Assembly: GCF_018350175.1 (NCBI RefSeq)
Contig: NC_058368.1
Coordinates: 132,000,001-132,064,000 of the forward strand
DNA: 64,000 nucleotides
Source of the DNA: Felis catus
Lineage: Eukaryota
Direction: 5' to 3'
Of the stretch, positions 1 to 14,104 are shown piece after piece (position 1 is the stretch's first letter; every line of letters begins with the position of its first letter). The notes beneath the pieces are model-generated. The model searched no databases. It was given only the letters and a program-made list of their open reading frames with translations, and was not told the origin of the DNA. Position numbers and translations under genes: made by a program.

Positions 1-1143
1 TCATAGTGGGAGTTACAGATAGCAACCAAGCCAGTACAAAATGAAAGCGGCCATTATACAGGCAATCAAGAAAAGAGGAACAAAAGTTCTATTACTTTAA
101 CCATATCTCAAAGTTAAATGATGTAGAAAAACCCAAGTACTAAGGTTCCAGGTGAAATTTTGTGAAAGAAGATGAAGAATTTGTACAGAGTTGTTTGTAT
201 TTCTAAAAATAAAATTTTTACAAATTTTTTAAATTGTTTTCAAAAATGTTTAATTTGTATCATTTTCTTTTAGAAAATTATTAGATGAAATCAATACTAA
301 TTGTCATATTGATTTTTCAAATAACCCACTTTGTGGTTATAATGCAATCTATATAAAAAACATTGAAAAAGGACCGGAAATAAAAAATCATTAGTAATTT
401 CATACCCTACAGAGAATCATCATTAATCCTTTTGTCTATACCTATATTACACTTTTCTCAAGAATGGAAAAATTTATTTGATTTTTCATTAGGAGTCTTT
501 CATGAGTGAATAATCCAATAGTTATATATTTTGTAAGTCCACTGTTATCTCCTTAGGTTAAAGGAAGTGAAACTGTTAAGTATTTTTTTATAATTTACAA
601 ACAAGAAATTGCATAGTTCTTATTTGTTAATTTTGATGAATTTTCAAAATCGTACATACCCATGTAAACACCACCAAAACAAGATCTAGAACATTTACAT
701 CACCCCCGAAAGTTCCCTCATGCCCCTTTCAAACAGTTCCCTCCCCCAGATCAATGTGATTTTTGTCAGCTCAAGTGTGTCTTTATAACATCTTTGCTAG
801 ATTGCATTCCAGAAGGTTAAATCATTTATACCTGTACCAGTAATGTATGAAGTGGCTGGTTTCTCCTTATGCTAAGTATCATGTATGTGTATGTTGTAAT
901 ATATCATAGGTAACAGATATAGATACATTAATCTTTGCCAGTTTCTACTTTGTATTATCTTGTATTTCTTTGTTTACTGATGAAGTTGAACTTTTAAAAA
1001 TGTGTTAACTGGCCATTTATATTTCATCATTCTTGTGGCGGTGGTGATTAAGTGTATAAGGCTTTTTTTTTATTAAGTGTATAGTCTAATATGATTATAT
1101 ATTTCTTACTGCTTTGCAAAAGCTCTTTAATATTAAGGAATTT

Positions 1144-1352
1144 GGGGCGCCTAGGTGGCTCAGTCAGTAGAGCGTCCAACAATGGCTCAGGTAATGATCT
1201 TGTAGTTCGTGGGTTTGAGCCCCGCGTTGGGCTCTGTGCTAACAGCTCAGAGCCTGGAGTCTGCTTCAGATTCTGTGTCTCCCTCTCTCTCTGCCCCTCC
1301 CCCCACTCATGCTCACTCGCTCTCTCTCAAAAATAAACATTAAAAAAATTAA
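1144..1352 (+). mobile_element. Can-SINE (felid type)
   Basis: GGGGCGCC head, tRNA-derived body, CT tract and A tail; TSD aatattaagga. Confidence 0.93.
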
Positions 1353-4300
1353 AAATATTAAGGATATTATTTTTTGTTTTAAATATTTTTACTAGTTTGT
1401 CATTACCTAACAATTTGTTTGTGAGGGGTTTGCTTAGTTTTGTTTTGGCTTTGTTTTTAACATGGAGTTTTAAATGTGTATTTATAAATCTGCCAATCTT
1501 GCTCTTCATGTTTTTGGCCCAGCATCATTCTTTAAATTTTTATAATCCCAGGATTATATAAATACCTAGTTATATCTTTCTCTAGTATTTTTGTGGTTTT
1601 ATTTTCATTTTTAATTTACATCTTTAATCTACCTGGAAATTATTATTTGGTGTATTATATTAGGTTACTCTTATAACTTTTTTTTTTTTTTTTGTATATT
1701 ACTAACTTCCACAAGTGAATAATCCTTTGTTTTTCCCCACTGATACTACACATGTCCTTTATCGTATACTAAGGGCCTAGAAATATTTTGGGGTCAGTTT
1801 CATCATTTTACAAGGATTTTTCTGTCTATTCCTGTGTCAGTACCTCACTGCTAAATTATTACAGCCATATAATACTATTTAATATCTGGTAAGCAAGTTG
1901 GATCTCTATTGTTCAACACATATTTTTACTTTAAAAGTTTAAGCAACTGGATAATGTGCTCCATTTGTATTTTCTTTGAGTAAACCACACCTGGAAAAAT
2001 CTTAGACAATTGAACATGGAATCAATAAAAAGGCCCCATTATTTAACAGGTGGCCACTACCTGAATTGAGACCCTAGTGCCAAGAAGGAAATAATCAGTC
2101 TTTAGACAAACTCCCTACCTTCAAAGTAATGGAAAAGATTGCATGTGGAAAATAAGTAGCATGAGGAATAAAAAAGAACAAAATTTAGGATATTTGATTG
2201 CCAATTTATGGTATAGGTTATTAAATGTTTTTATGAGAGGTTTGATCAGAATTTTTTCCATTTCCCTGGTACTAAAAAAAAACACAAAGGATTAACAAAA
2301 CCATACAGTAGATAACATCTCACTTTTATTTTACATGATGGTAATCCCCGGGACATCTAGGACTGCTGTATATAAATGCAAGCCACAAAATATTCTTCCA
2401 GAGACATTCATTAATAATCTTTCTACTACCTACCATTTTGAATTATTAACATCCCTTATCCTCTCTGGTATTAATGCAGATAATCAAGTTAAATGTAACA
2501 ATAATGTTCTGTTCTTTGTGTGCAGATAATTCAATCAGCCACGGTATATAAAATGTTGGGCTTGAGCTGTTTTTTTAGTAGAAATAAAAGTTGTAAGAAG
2601 AAGCTAACTTTTACTAACATTTATAAAATATTAATCTTTTTTAACCTATAAGCTAAATGGTATTAAATTATATGGGAAGAATCTGAAGCAGAGAAAGGTT
2701 AAGTAACTTGGGTCAAGATCTCAGAGCTAGAAAGTGGTAGATCTCAGAAATAGCTAATCATGCTTGGCTCAGTAGTTGTCTTTTTTTGTGTGATTTTATA
2801 CTGCAACAGTTTCTCGAGCTAGCCTACATATTTTTCACATTTGCTTATAAAGCAGTGTCATTGTTTATTGCTGTAGTAATAAGGCCAAACAAGTGACTTC
2901 AGCATTTTATTATAAATTTTTGGTCAAAAATTGTCCAGCTCCCTTTAAATCACAGCAGATATTAAGTCCATGTCCCTAATATTATAATCCCTTTAATTTG
3001 AAAAATTAAAATGCAGACAGTTGTTTAAAAGTTTAACTTGAATAAGAAGTTCTTGCCACATTTACCCAGAATTTTCCATGGGAATATACAGGAGAGTGGT
3101 TATGAATATGGGATTTGGAATCAGACCTGATTTGAATTTATTAGCTGTGTGATTTCAGACAAATTGTATAACCTGTCTCATCCTGTTGCTTAAACTGTAG
3201 TCTGAGGATAGTAAATAGTACCTTTCTGATAGGTTAGTTTGTAGATTACATGAAATACTTTTTTTAAAGGATTTAACAGGGTGTCAGTGCTCAGTAAAGG
3301 TTTTGTTGTTCTCATTTTTGATGTTCTCATTGATATTTTTGAAAACTAATTTCTCTGTATTTGTCAGTAGATCTACCAAGATGATGATTAGAATTTATAC
3401 CATTTCTATAATGTTTGACAGGGTTTTTTGTTTGTTTGTTTTTACCTTTTCTTAATTAACCCATAATAAGTTGCAATGGTTAACTTCAGTTTCTATCATG
3501 ATTCTTTCTAGGATAAAATAAATTTGAGATTTGATATTTTTATGGTAGACAGTAATGCCTCATTAATGAAATATTGTTTTTTTTTTTTTCCTTGAGACTG
3601 GTGCTAAAATGGCAGAAGGGATATCAACTATAAATAAAATTTTAATATAAACTTTAGAGAGCACAAAATTATAAACTCAGTGTAAGGTAAATGTTTTTCT
3701 TCTGTTTCTCTCTCTTAGCCAAGTTCTAAGATAGTGATAAAATGAAGCAAGAGGAAATATGATTATAGACCCGGTTGCCTAATTGGTATTCATTTTATAA
3801 AGGACTATAAATAATGCTGCAGAAGACCAATGAGGTTCTTTATAAATAGGACCTTGTCAGAATTGCTGACCCTGGAAAGGCAGTTATTTTCATTCTAAGC
3901 CCTCTGTCCAGTCCCTGAAGTCACCTCTTTTTCTCCCTTTTACTTCTGAATAAAGAAAGCTCTGCTGTATTTACTCTGCTTTCATACAGTTTGACCTGAA
4001 ATAAGTTTCTATCACATTAGGTAAGCTTGCTTTGTTCGTGGATTTGTTGAGAGAGACGGGCAGATAGCCATGTACCCCAGCTGCTTACCAGGCCTTTTGG
4101 ACTGGGAACCCCATCTTCCCAAGTTGTTTTGTTAGTTCACCAGGCACAGATTAAATGTTATTGGCTGAGCAGTTGGTTAAACCCCAGGGCAGGTGTAAGA
4201 ATGCGTATTACAGATTTATTCTGGAAAGCCTCTTAAATCTTTCCACCTGTGCCCTACTGAGAGTGTGAAGCATATTAGATAGGCAAGAAAGCTGAGAAAC

Positions 4301-5423
4301 TATTCCCATGTTGCTGAAGATATTTTGAAAATTACATCTTTTCACTTTTGCTCCAACAATACTCAATATTTATTCAAGACACTCTATAATATGAGGATTA
4401 TTTTTTTCTTTTTAACTGAGGAAAACAAAAAGTTTTTTTAAGAGGTGGCTTTTCAAAACCCCAAAGCAAAGGAGAAATATTAACATTTATTCAAAATTTA
4501 GAAGAAAAGAAGTTTTCCCATGTTAATGATGAACAGTAAAAGAAATTCCACTAGTTTTTATCTTTGTTTTCTTTTCCATAGGCCAGTGGCTTGCTTGGTT
4601 TACCTAATGTTCTATTTTCCTATAGTGATTTTCATTTGTTTCAAATATTTCAATGTTTTTCTTTTATTGTTTTGTTACTATTGTCCTGCTGTCAATTTTT
4701 AAATTTCTTCTAAGTTTTGGCCATTTCTGTCTGCATTTTCTCTGCTTCCTTTAAGTCACTGTTTCTGTTTCCCATTTTGACTCTTCTTTTATCCTTTTTC
4801 TCCTTGATTTCATTCCCTTATTTAGCCTCTTCTGTTTCTCAGTCATCTCTGTCCTGTGCTGACCTGCTCTGCTGGACATGAAGAATCCCAGTGACCTCAT
4901 TTTCCTGGACTTTTTTAAATATACTTTGATCTCTGGCCTCATTCATGTTTTGTCTGTCTGTCTGCCTCGTCATATGAATTACTGTCACTTCTACTATCTA
5001 ATTCATGTTGAAAAAGATCCACACTATTTTCATATATAGTGATACTTTAATGCTTTAATATCTTAATTCCTTAAGAAGCTTTGAACATTTGTAAAAAGAG
5101 AACCCTAAGTTACCTGTAATTATTGATAGAGAAAAGTTCTAAAATTAAAAGTTTATAAGACATTTACCTAAATATTACATTTTGATGGGTAAAATATTAT
5201 CAAAATGAAAGAATCCTCCATTTAATGTTTGAAAATATCTTCTAGATCTCATATGAAAATGTCAAAATGTTCAAACAAAATTGTCACTTACATTTTAAGC
5301 AGTATCAAAAGTTAGCAGAGAATCATAGAAAAAAATAGTTGTAATATTGGGGTTGATAATGTCATCTCTATATAGCTACTTTTGATTAATTCATTTGAAA
5401 TAAACCTAAAAGTTATGATTTTC

Positions 5424-5647
5424 TTTTTTTTTTAATTTTTTTTTCAACGTTTATTTATTTTTCGGACAGAGAGAGACAGAGCATGAACGGGGGAGGGGCA
5501 GAGAGAGAGGGAGACACAGAATCGGAAACAGGCTCCAGGCTCTGAGCCATCAGCCCAGAGCCCGACGCGGGGCTCAAACTCACGGACCGCGAGATCGTGA
5601 CCTGGCTGAAGTTGGACGCTCAACCGACTGCGCCACCCAGGCGCCCC
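5424..5647 (-). mobile_element. Young felid Can-SINE
   Basis: CpGs largely intact; perfect 17-bp TSD TAAAAGTTATGATTTTC at 5407-5423 and 5648-5664. Confidence 0.96.
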
Positions 5648-6239
5648 TAAAAGTTATGATTTTCATATTAGATAGACTTTCTTTAAACTTTAATAAGTAT
5701 CAAATATTTAACATAGTTACCCAGATTCTACAGAAATTATTTTGATTTTTATTTTTCATTAGCAGCCAAAGACCCTTAAAAGTATCTGTCATATTTAGGT
5801 TTCCAAAGTTTTTAGGCTATGAACTGGGAAGCAGGCTTCAGTTTGATAAATAAATTCAATAGCTTCTCTTTAGTTACTTAATTGTAAAATGGAATGGAGG
5901 AAACCAAGTTATCTGCAGATATAGAAAATCCAAAGTTATCTGTCTAAAGTTCTAAGACTTCAAGTATTGTGGCCAGAAACAAAATAAATACACAAAGATC
6001 AGTGTCAGTTCATCAGCTGCTGTGAAATTATCACTTAGAAAACATTTTTTTAATTGAGAAAACTCAACCTGTTATACAGATAAAGAGATAGGTATACCAT
6101 GTTTCTAGACTGCTTAATTTTTAACAAAAAACAAATTATCTCAAGATTATTTTATAAACCTAATATAATACAAATAAAATACCAGTTGAAGGAGGGGAGA
6201 AGAGATGCAAGCAAAAATAAGCCAGAATTTTTTTAATAA

Positions 6240-7285
6240 AAAGAGTAGGAAAGCACAACTTCTCACTCCTTAGGTGTGGGCTATGCATACTGAATTCCCT
6301 CCAAAGAGTACCACATGGAAAGCAAGGGGGGAAAGTAACTTTAGAGTGGAAAACAGTGGCAAGCACTCAGTGAGGTGATCAAGGTCAACATCAACATCAT
6401 AAATCACTTTGATAGCATTTGCCCTTGATATGATGTAATGAAAATTCCACTTTACATTGTGGTCTTTCTCCCAATAGCCTGTAAGCCCACTCTTACCCTG
6501 AGAAAAACATCAGATAAATCCCTTTAGTGTGGGCATCGTACAAAATACCCAACCAGTACTCCTCTAAACTGTCAAAGTGATCAAAACAAGGAAATTCTGA
6601 GAAATTGCCATAGCCAAGAATAGCCTATGGAAACATGACAACGCAAATGTAATGTGATATCCTGAATGGGATCCTGCAACAAAAAAAAAGGACATTAGGT
6701 AAAAGCTAAGTGTATTAGTCTCCTAGAGCTACCATAACAAAATACCACAGACTAGGTTACTTAAACAACAGAAATTTATTTTCTCACAGTTTTGGAGGCT
6801 AGAAGTCTAAGATGAAAGTGTCAGCAGGGTTGATTTCTAGTGAGACTTCTTTCCTTGGCCTGCAGATGGCCCACCTTTATGACCTCATTTGATATTTTTT
6901 AATTGAGGTATAATTAGCATATGAGTTTCAGATATACTACATAATTATTCAATATGTCTATGTGTTGCAAAATGACATTTTATGTTAATCATATCTGTAA
7001 AGACAATATCTACAAATATAGTCATATTGGGAATTGGGTCTTCAACTTACGAATTCTGGGGAAACACTTTAGTCCATAACACTAAGGAAATATAAATAAG
7101 CTATGGACTTATAATAATAAGTTATCAATATTGGTTCATTAAGTGTTACAAATGTACAATACTAACATGAGATGGTAGTAATAGGAAAAATTGGTTTGGG
7201 GGTATGAGAGAACTTTCTGTACTAACTGCTCAATTTTTCTGTAAGTCTAAACCTCTTGAAAAAATAGTCTATTTAAAAAAAATAC
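6240..7285 (+). mobile_element. Old L1M (L1MC/MD-like) 3' end, interrupted by an MLT1 LTR
   Basis: Typical motifs gaggtgatcaaggtcaacatca, atcctgaatgggatcctg, and ctttctgtactaactgctcaatttttctgtaagtctaaa. Confidence 0.7.
6711..7081. mobile_element. MaLR solo LTR (MLT1A/B-like)
   Basis: Starts TGTATTAGTC...accataacaaaataccacagact and ends agtccataACA. Perfect 5-bp TSD CTAAG at 6706-6710 and 7082-7086. Confidence 0.88.
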
Positions 7286-7792
7286 TCTTTTTTAAAGAAT
7301 AAGAAAGTAATCATCTTTCCCAGTCAGATGCCAAAATTATAATAATTAAACCAGTGGGTTGGGATACTGTACAAGGTGAATTATTCTAGAAATGAAGTTG
7401 GAACAACTAGGTAGCCACATGGAAAAAATAATTAAAGTAATTAGAACTTTATCTGACCCAGTATACTAAAAAAAAATCCTAAATTGATACAAGAATAACA
7501 AATGAAAAGAGAAATATAAAGATGCTATTAGAAAATACAGTGGATATTTACATGGTATTAATGTGAAGAAAGACTTAAGCATAACTTTAAAGAGAAGGAG
7601 ACTGCTCATAATGACTGTATAAAAAAATTGTAAATTTCTATATGGAAGGGAGGACAGAGGGATGGATCGAAGAGGAAAGGAGATAGGTAGGTAAACCTAG
7701 ACCAAAAAAAAAAAAAAAACAAAATTAAAGGATAAATGACAAACTAGAAAAGTTGTTTGCAATTTATGTGATGAATATGGATTTATATTCTT

Positions 7793-8011
7793 TTAAAAAA
7801 AATTTTTTTTTTAACGTTTATTTATTTTTGAGACAGAGACAGAGCATGAACGGGGGAGGGGCAGAGAGAGAGGGAGACACAGAATCCGAAGCAGGCTCCA
7901 GGCTCTGAGCTGTCAATACAGAGCCTGACGCAGGGCTTGAACTCACGGACTGTGAGATCATGACCTGAGCCGAAGTCGGACGCTTAACCGACTGAGCCAC
8001 CCAGGTGCCCC
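7793..8011 (-). mobile_element. Can-SINE
   Basis: Full body; TSD TGGATTTATATTCTT at 7778-7792 and 8012-8026. Confidence 0.95.
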
Positions 8012-8319
8012 TGGATTTATATTCTTAACATAGTAAAAATTCTCACAAATCCATAAGGAAAAGATGAATATGCCACTTTTTTTCCATGAGCAAAGGATGC
8101 ACACACATATCACAAAAGAAGAAATTCAAAAAGCCAAAAAATGGGGGGAGGGGATAAAAACAAAAGGTATTAGAGCAAAATGAGGCACTCTGCCAATGAG
8201 ATTGTAAACTGATAAATCCTCTGTGGAGGGAAGTTAGACCATTCATATGAAATACCTTAAATATGTACAAATCTTTGTCCCAAGAATTCTACTTCTAGGA
8301 ATATATCCTAAGCATTAGT

Positions 8320-8444
8320 AAAGATTATTACAAATGATAGTAATATCTTAAACAAAAATGGGAAATTTATCCATCATGGAAAGCTTAAGGAGTAGAGCTA
8401 GGGCGTGACTAGATCACAGAATTCAACCAGTGTCAGGAATCAAT

Positions 8445-8499
<55 letters not shown>

Positions 8500-8880
8500 C
8501 CTCCCTCTGTTTTCTGTCTCCTGGTTCCATTTTCCTCTCACTTGGCCTCATCCAAGACTTCCCCTAGGGGTTGGCAAAGATGGCCTTCAGAAGTTCTAGG
8601 TTTACGTTATGTAGTCAACCCAGTAGTTCTAGAAAAAGTTCTTGAACCAGTTGTGTTTAGCCTTTTCAAATTCAAATGCCCATGCCCTAAATGTAATTAC
8701 TGGTTATTCTGGACAGGCCTATTCCATGCGTCCCCTCCCTGGGACAAGCACAAGGGGGTGTCATCCCACTCCAAGTACATGGACTCATAGGGGGGAAGGG
8801 TCATTTCTGAAAGAAAAAGAAGAATTATGCTACCAAAAGAAAGAAGGTTGAACCTGCCTCTCCTTCCCAAAATTACTACA
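8320..8880. mobile_element. Old MaLR LTR (MLT1J/K-like) containing a (CT)n tract at 8448-8496
   Basis: Motifs ggcaaagatggcc..cagaagttctagg and gctaccaaaagaaag...actaca. Boundaries are approximate. Confidence 0.5.
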
Positions 8881-9469
8881 AATAAGAAAATCCAAATATT
8901 TCTTATTCACATAGATATTATTCGCAGCATTCTGTTCATAAAGGTGAAAATATGAACAAGCCTAAGAATCCTATAATACAGGGTTGATTGTAAATTATCT
9001 ATAGGATCAAATACTAGAAAATGAATAAAATTACATAGAAGTATAATTATCCATGTAAAAAAAAAAAGATGATCATGGTATAGTTGGGTATAAAAAGTAT
9101 AAAATATATGCATTATGATCCCTTCAAATATATATACATATACACACATATATATAATACATACATCCATATATATGTATAGAAATGCATTAAAAAAGTA
9201 CAGGAAGTGATGTACCTATATGTTTACACTAGTTACTGCTGAGCTATGGAATTACAGATGATTTTTGTTTGTCTTTTCTTTTTGCTTCTCAGGATTATGT
9301 TACTTTGCACAAAGGAAAAACACATAAAAATAGTCAATACATGCTAATCATGCCACGAAAGTTATAAAAGTAAAATTTCTATAATTCTTTGACTCTTTAA
9401 ACAGTTTCTACCCGTCGAATGGCATGTAGTCTAGGACAGACAGGATATATTTTTAAATATATATAAGCC

Positions 9470-9670
9470 AGGGCACCTGGGTGGCTCAGTCGATTAAGTG
9501 TTCTGACTTCGGCTCACGTCATGATCTTGCTGTTCGTGAGCTCAAGCCCTGTGCTGACAGCTCGGAGCCTGGAGCCTGATTCGGATTCTGTGTCTCCCTC
9601 TCTCTCTGCCCCTCCCCTACTCATGCTCTGTCCTTTTCTCTCTCAAAAATAAATAAACATTAAAAAAAAA
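9470..9670 (+). mobile_element. Can-SINE
   Basis: gggcacctgggtggctcagtcg head, CT tract and A tail; flanked by tttaaatatatata. Confidence 0.92.
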
Positions 9671-11420
9671 TTTAAATATATATAGGCCTCCAAAGTTAAG
9701 CAAGATCAAATAAGTAAGTTCTTGTGTATGATGATATAAATGAAAACACTTTGAAAAGGTCTATGAAGCATAACAGAGTGTTACAAAAATGATAACTTTA
9801 TACAAGCACACTTTGTATGTAATACATACATACAAAATACAAAATAAATTGACATGAAAGTAAGTGTTGGACTTACTGGAGGAATGATGTTTGAATCTCA
9901 TTCTAATTATGTGAGGTAATTAGGGTGCATATTACCATCTCCTCTTCACAGATGAAGAAATAGGCCTGAAAAGCAATGTGACTGTCCTCCAGTAACATTT
10001 AGCGACTGAATTATAACTCAAACCCAGGTCTTCCAACTGCAGTCCACAAAAGTTTCCACAGAAAGTGTCAGATAAATTCAAAAGTAAGAGCCAGCCCTGA
10101 ATGAAACCCAGGGCAGTCAGAGAAGAATTTTAGGAGAAAATGGGAATTACACTGGGCTTTGAAAGGACAAGGGACACAGACCAATGGGAAGGGGGTGGTG
10201 GGGCATTCCAGAGAAGTGACATGGACAAAGAAAGCATGCTGCAGGCCATCTATGATACAGAACAGGGTGTGGTCCTTTCAGAGAATCAAATGTGGGCAAA
10301 ACTTGAAAATTGTTTTGTCTTGCTGAAATTTTTCTTTAAAAACAAAAAGGACTGTTTTTGCTTTTCAAATGCAAATCTCCTTTCCAGCTCTCCCCTCAAA
10401 AAAAAACTTCAACCATATCAATTAAGTTCCCTATCTATAGTCCCGTAGAATGATAAACTTAAATAATAACCAGGAGTTATTTAGTTGGATTTCTTAAGAA
10501 TTCTAATTTAACAGAGAAATAAGAACCTGTCAACACAGTACAGAAAAGACAAATTACGTGGATGACAACGTTTCACAAAGAATGGCAAGGCCTTTCAACC
10601 CAAGTGGAGGGAGGCTGAGGACAATATATGCATTTTCCCCCACCTCATACCTCAAAGACAAAGGGTACAAAAGACAAATGTAATCATTAGATAATTTAAG
10701 TGGCCATTTGAGAAAGTGTTGGATTTTCATAGCACAGAGTTAGTAGTGGTGGAAATATTTTGTTTTAGATTTTTGAATATTAGCCTTTTCTCTGGTATTA
10801 ATGGAGTTTGAAAGGAGAGTTACTAACCTAGAAAACTCAAGCGTTTAAAACCTAATAGCTAAGTAATTTGAAATTATGTGTTAATACTATCCAGGAGAAT
10901 GGTGAACAAAACCAGAATTCTAGCCAAAGGTTTTAGAAGTGACTGGTTTCTCAGAAACATTTATTTATTCATCAGAAATTTATTGAAGGTGTTTTTCTTG
11001 CCAAGTATTGGTGACTGGTGCTAGTACAAAGGCCCATAAAACAGAGCCAAGTGCACTCTAGTGAGGGAGCCTAAACTAGAGAGCTGTACAGAAGGGGGCC
11101 TAACCTCACGGAAAAAGAGGAGAGGCCAGGAGAGAAATCCGGGGTGACACCTCAGCCAGTATGAGGGAGAGAAGGGTTATCACCATAGAGAGGCAGTAAA
11201 CAGGCTGGAGACAGGCCCTGTTCAGGAAACTGCAAGCAATTCAGGATGCCTGGGATATAAATGTGATGGGGCGAGTGACAAAGGAACTTGAAGAGGGAAG
11301 CAAAAGCCAAATCATAGAGGCCACATAAGAAATTTAGGTTTCATTGTGCAGACAATGGGGAGCAGTGAAGGATTTAAAACAGGAGAGTTTTCATGGCTAG
11401 ATTTACATTTTTGAAAAAAA

Positions 11421-11481
11421 ATATATATATGTATACATATATATATATATATATATATGTGTACATATATATATATATATG
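11421..11481. repeat. (TA)n microsatellite; a similar tract lies at 15748-15810
   Basis: Directly visible. Confidence 0.95.
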
Positions 11482-12613
11482 TAACAGAAAAGACCTGGAT
11501 ACCATCATCAAGCACAAGGCATGCCTTAGTAATCAGATGCCTGAGAGGAGACTGCCAGACCTCTACCCTTATAGGGTCAGGCTGTGGGCCCTTGGCTGTA
11601 CCCCTGTGGGACTTCCACCAGAATGGGGTGGCATCCCCATTGTAGGAAGTACAAGGAGAAACTGAGGCTGAGATAAAATTTACAGTGAATTTTAATTACC
11701 CCCCCTTTTTTTTAAACAAGTGTTCATCTAAAAGAGAGGTGCCCAAAGAGGCTCCCACATTTTTGGAGCTTCTCTTTTGGAACTGCTTTAAAGGCCAGCC
11801 TGGGAGCTACACAAATAATTCTGGTCTCTTTACAATTGCATTTTTAGCATTTTCTTTCTTCCAAAATAAGCACTACCCAGTCTGTGCAATGGGGGTGATA
11901 ACCACATCTTTCTTGCCTACCCCATATAGTTACTACTATGAAGATAATAGCAGACAACATGTGAAAGCTTTTCGTAGAGAGCTGTATCAATGGATCGTCT
12001 TATAATTGTTGCCTCACACTTTGCAGGCAATTCCAACATATGCATTTGTTCTGGTATCTGTGTGTTCATCTCCTGAACAGACCGTTCACTTCAGGATGGC
12101 AGGGCCTGGGTCATATTTGGCTTTGTGTCACCAGTGTCTGACAGTGGGTCTCACACATAAAAAGTCCTCAAATGTTTGTTGAGTGAATAATTGAATCTAG
12201 CTTCTTGCCTTATTTTCAAACCATATATAAGAAATGGATAATACACTTGAGATTATTCAATTAATAGGCTCAGAGGCCACTTATGCTTCTTCAAGTATGT
12301 GAGTAGCTTGTCAATAGGAGCTAGCAATTCATCTCTGAAGGGGCCAGAACAAATGGCTGATGAAATAAATCAGTGTGAAAATGCAAAGGTTCTTAAACTT
12401 CAGTGTTATAGTTTAAATTTGGCTGTATTTTAAAATCATCAGGAAAATCTTTTAAATTACCAATGCTGGGGCCCCATCCGAGGACAGTTAAATCAGTACT
12501 TCTGTAGGTGGAAGCCTGGCATAGTTTTTAAAGCTACTGAAGTGATTCTAATGTGCATCTGTGTTTGATGTAGTGCTCTAGAGAGACATTGCTTTAAAAA
12601 AAAAATCTATCTA

Positions 12614-13135
12614 GGGGTGCCTGGGTGGCTCAGTTGGTTGAACATCTGACTGTGGCTCAGGTCATGATCTTGCAGTTGGTGAGTTTGAGCCCTGATTCAG
12701 GCTCTCCACTATCAGCGAGAGCCCTGCTTTGGATCCTCTGTCCTCTCTCTCTGCCCCTCCCCCGTGTATGTGTGTGTGCACGCACACATTCTCTCTCTCT
12801 CTCCCTCCCCTCTGCCCCCCCACACACAAACAAACTTTAAAAAAAAAATCTAATGGGCTAAATGGGTGATGGATAGTAAGGAGGAGACTTGTTGGGATAA
12901 GCACTGGCTGTTATATGTAAGTGATGAATCACTAAATTCTACTCCTAAAACCATTATTATGTTAACTAACTTGGATTTAAATAAAATTTTTTAAAAGCTA
13001 AAAAAAAATACAAAGAATCTAGGGGCGCCTGCCTGGCTCAGTTGGTGGGGTATGTGACTCTTGATCTCCGGGTCATGATTTTAAGCCCCACACTGGATGT
13101 AGAGTTTACTTAATAAAAAATAAAAAATAAACTAT
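12614..13135 (+). mobile_element. Composite: Can-SINE (12614-12845), L1 3' tip (~12852-12990) and short Can-SINE (13022-13130)
   Basis: Two SINE heads surround a carnivore L1 terminal segment (gcactggctgttatatgtaagtgatgaatcactaaattctactcct). Each junction carries an A-rich ..atcta motif. Confidence 0.85.
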
Positions 13136-13729
13136 CTAGTTTTACATTAGGGACCAAAGTCAATGGAAAAGAACATAAGGCATGCTCCCACTGCAGTCTA
13201 TGAGCAGGAACGAATAAAACTAGCTGTCACTGGTAGGAGCACAGTGGAAAAGCAGCAATCAGTATGTGCTAAACTATGAGAGGTCATGAAAAGGTGGGCT
13301 TGTGCTGAGCCTGAGACTTTCTGCAGAGGCTGTTAGACATTTTAGAAGTTTGTCACAGAAATAAAAGACATTCCCTGCCCACAAAAGGAGGTCAAGTGTT
13401 AGTTTAGCAAACCAGCTAGTACCAGCCAGCAGGCCTGGCCAGTACAAAGGATCTGAAGGCTTTGCTTTACAACACAAATCACCATTCTCAGCACAGGGAA
13501 TACAGCTGTGAACAAGACTCATACTGTCTCAAATAACTGACAGTCTGTTCACAATTAACTCAACAGCCAATTACAAAAGAGTAATTGATGAAAGAAATGA
13601 AATGAGGTTGGTGAGATAGGAAGATGCAGTTGTTACAGAGTTTTAAGGGTCCAGCCGAGTTGTTCAGTCTAACACAATAGCCAATAATTCCTGGTCAAAG
13701 AAATGGTATGAAATAAAAGATTATTTTAT

Positions 13730-13900
13730 GGGGCACTGGGGTGGCTCAGGGGGTTGGGCATCCAACTTCAGCTCAGGTCATGATCTCACATTCGTGAGTT
13801 CAAGCCCCGCGTTGGGCTCTATGCTGACAGCTAAGAGCTTGGATACTGCTTTGAATTCTGTGTCAATACTCTGCCCCTCCCCTGCTCATGCACACGCGCG

Positions 13901-13931
<31 letters not shown>

Positions 13932-14104
13932 AAAGATAAATAAACATTTAAAAAAAAGAGAGAGAGAAAAAGAAAGATTATTTTAGGGGCAACAGGCTGG
14001 CTCAGTTTGTAGAACATGTGACTCTTGATGTTGGGGTCACGAGTTCAAGTCCCACGTTGGGTGTGGAGCCTACTTAATTTTAAAACAACATTTTTTTTTT
14101 AAAG
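13730..14104 (+). mobile_element. Two tandem Can-SINEs (13730-13972 and 13986-14104)
   Basis: Three copies of the target AAAGA(T/C)TATTTTA at 13716, 13973 and 14105. Confidence 0.9.

Noticed and set aside
5424..5647. tRNA-like A/B boxes suggesting tRNA genes (here and at other SINE heads)
   Set aside because: They are the tRNA-derived heads of Can-SINEs, with CT tracts, A tails and TSDs.
11490..11670. GC-richer patch with ORF MPERRLPDLYPYRVRLWALG...
   Set aside because: No recognisable protein similarity, splice context or TSD; the ORF starts inside a TA repeat.
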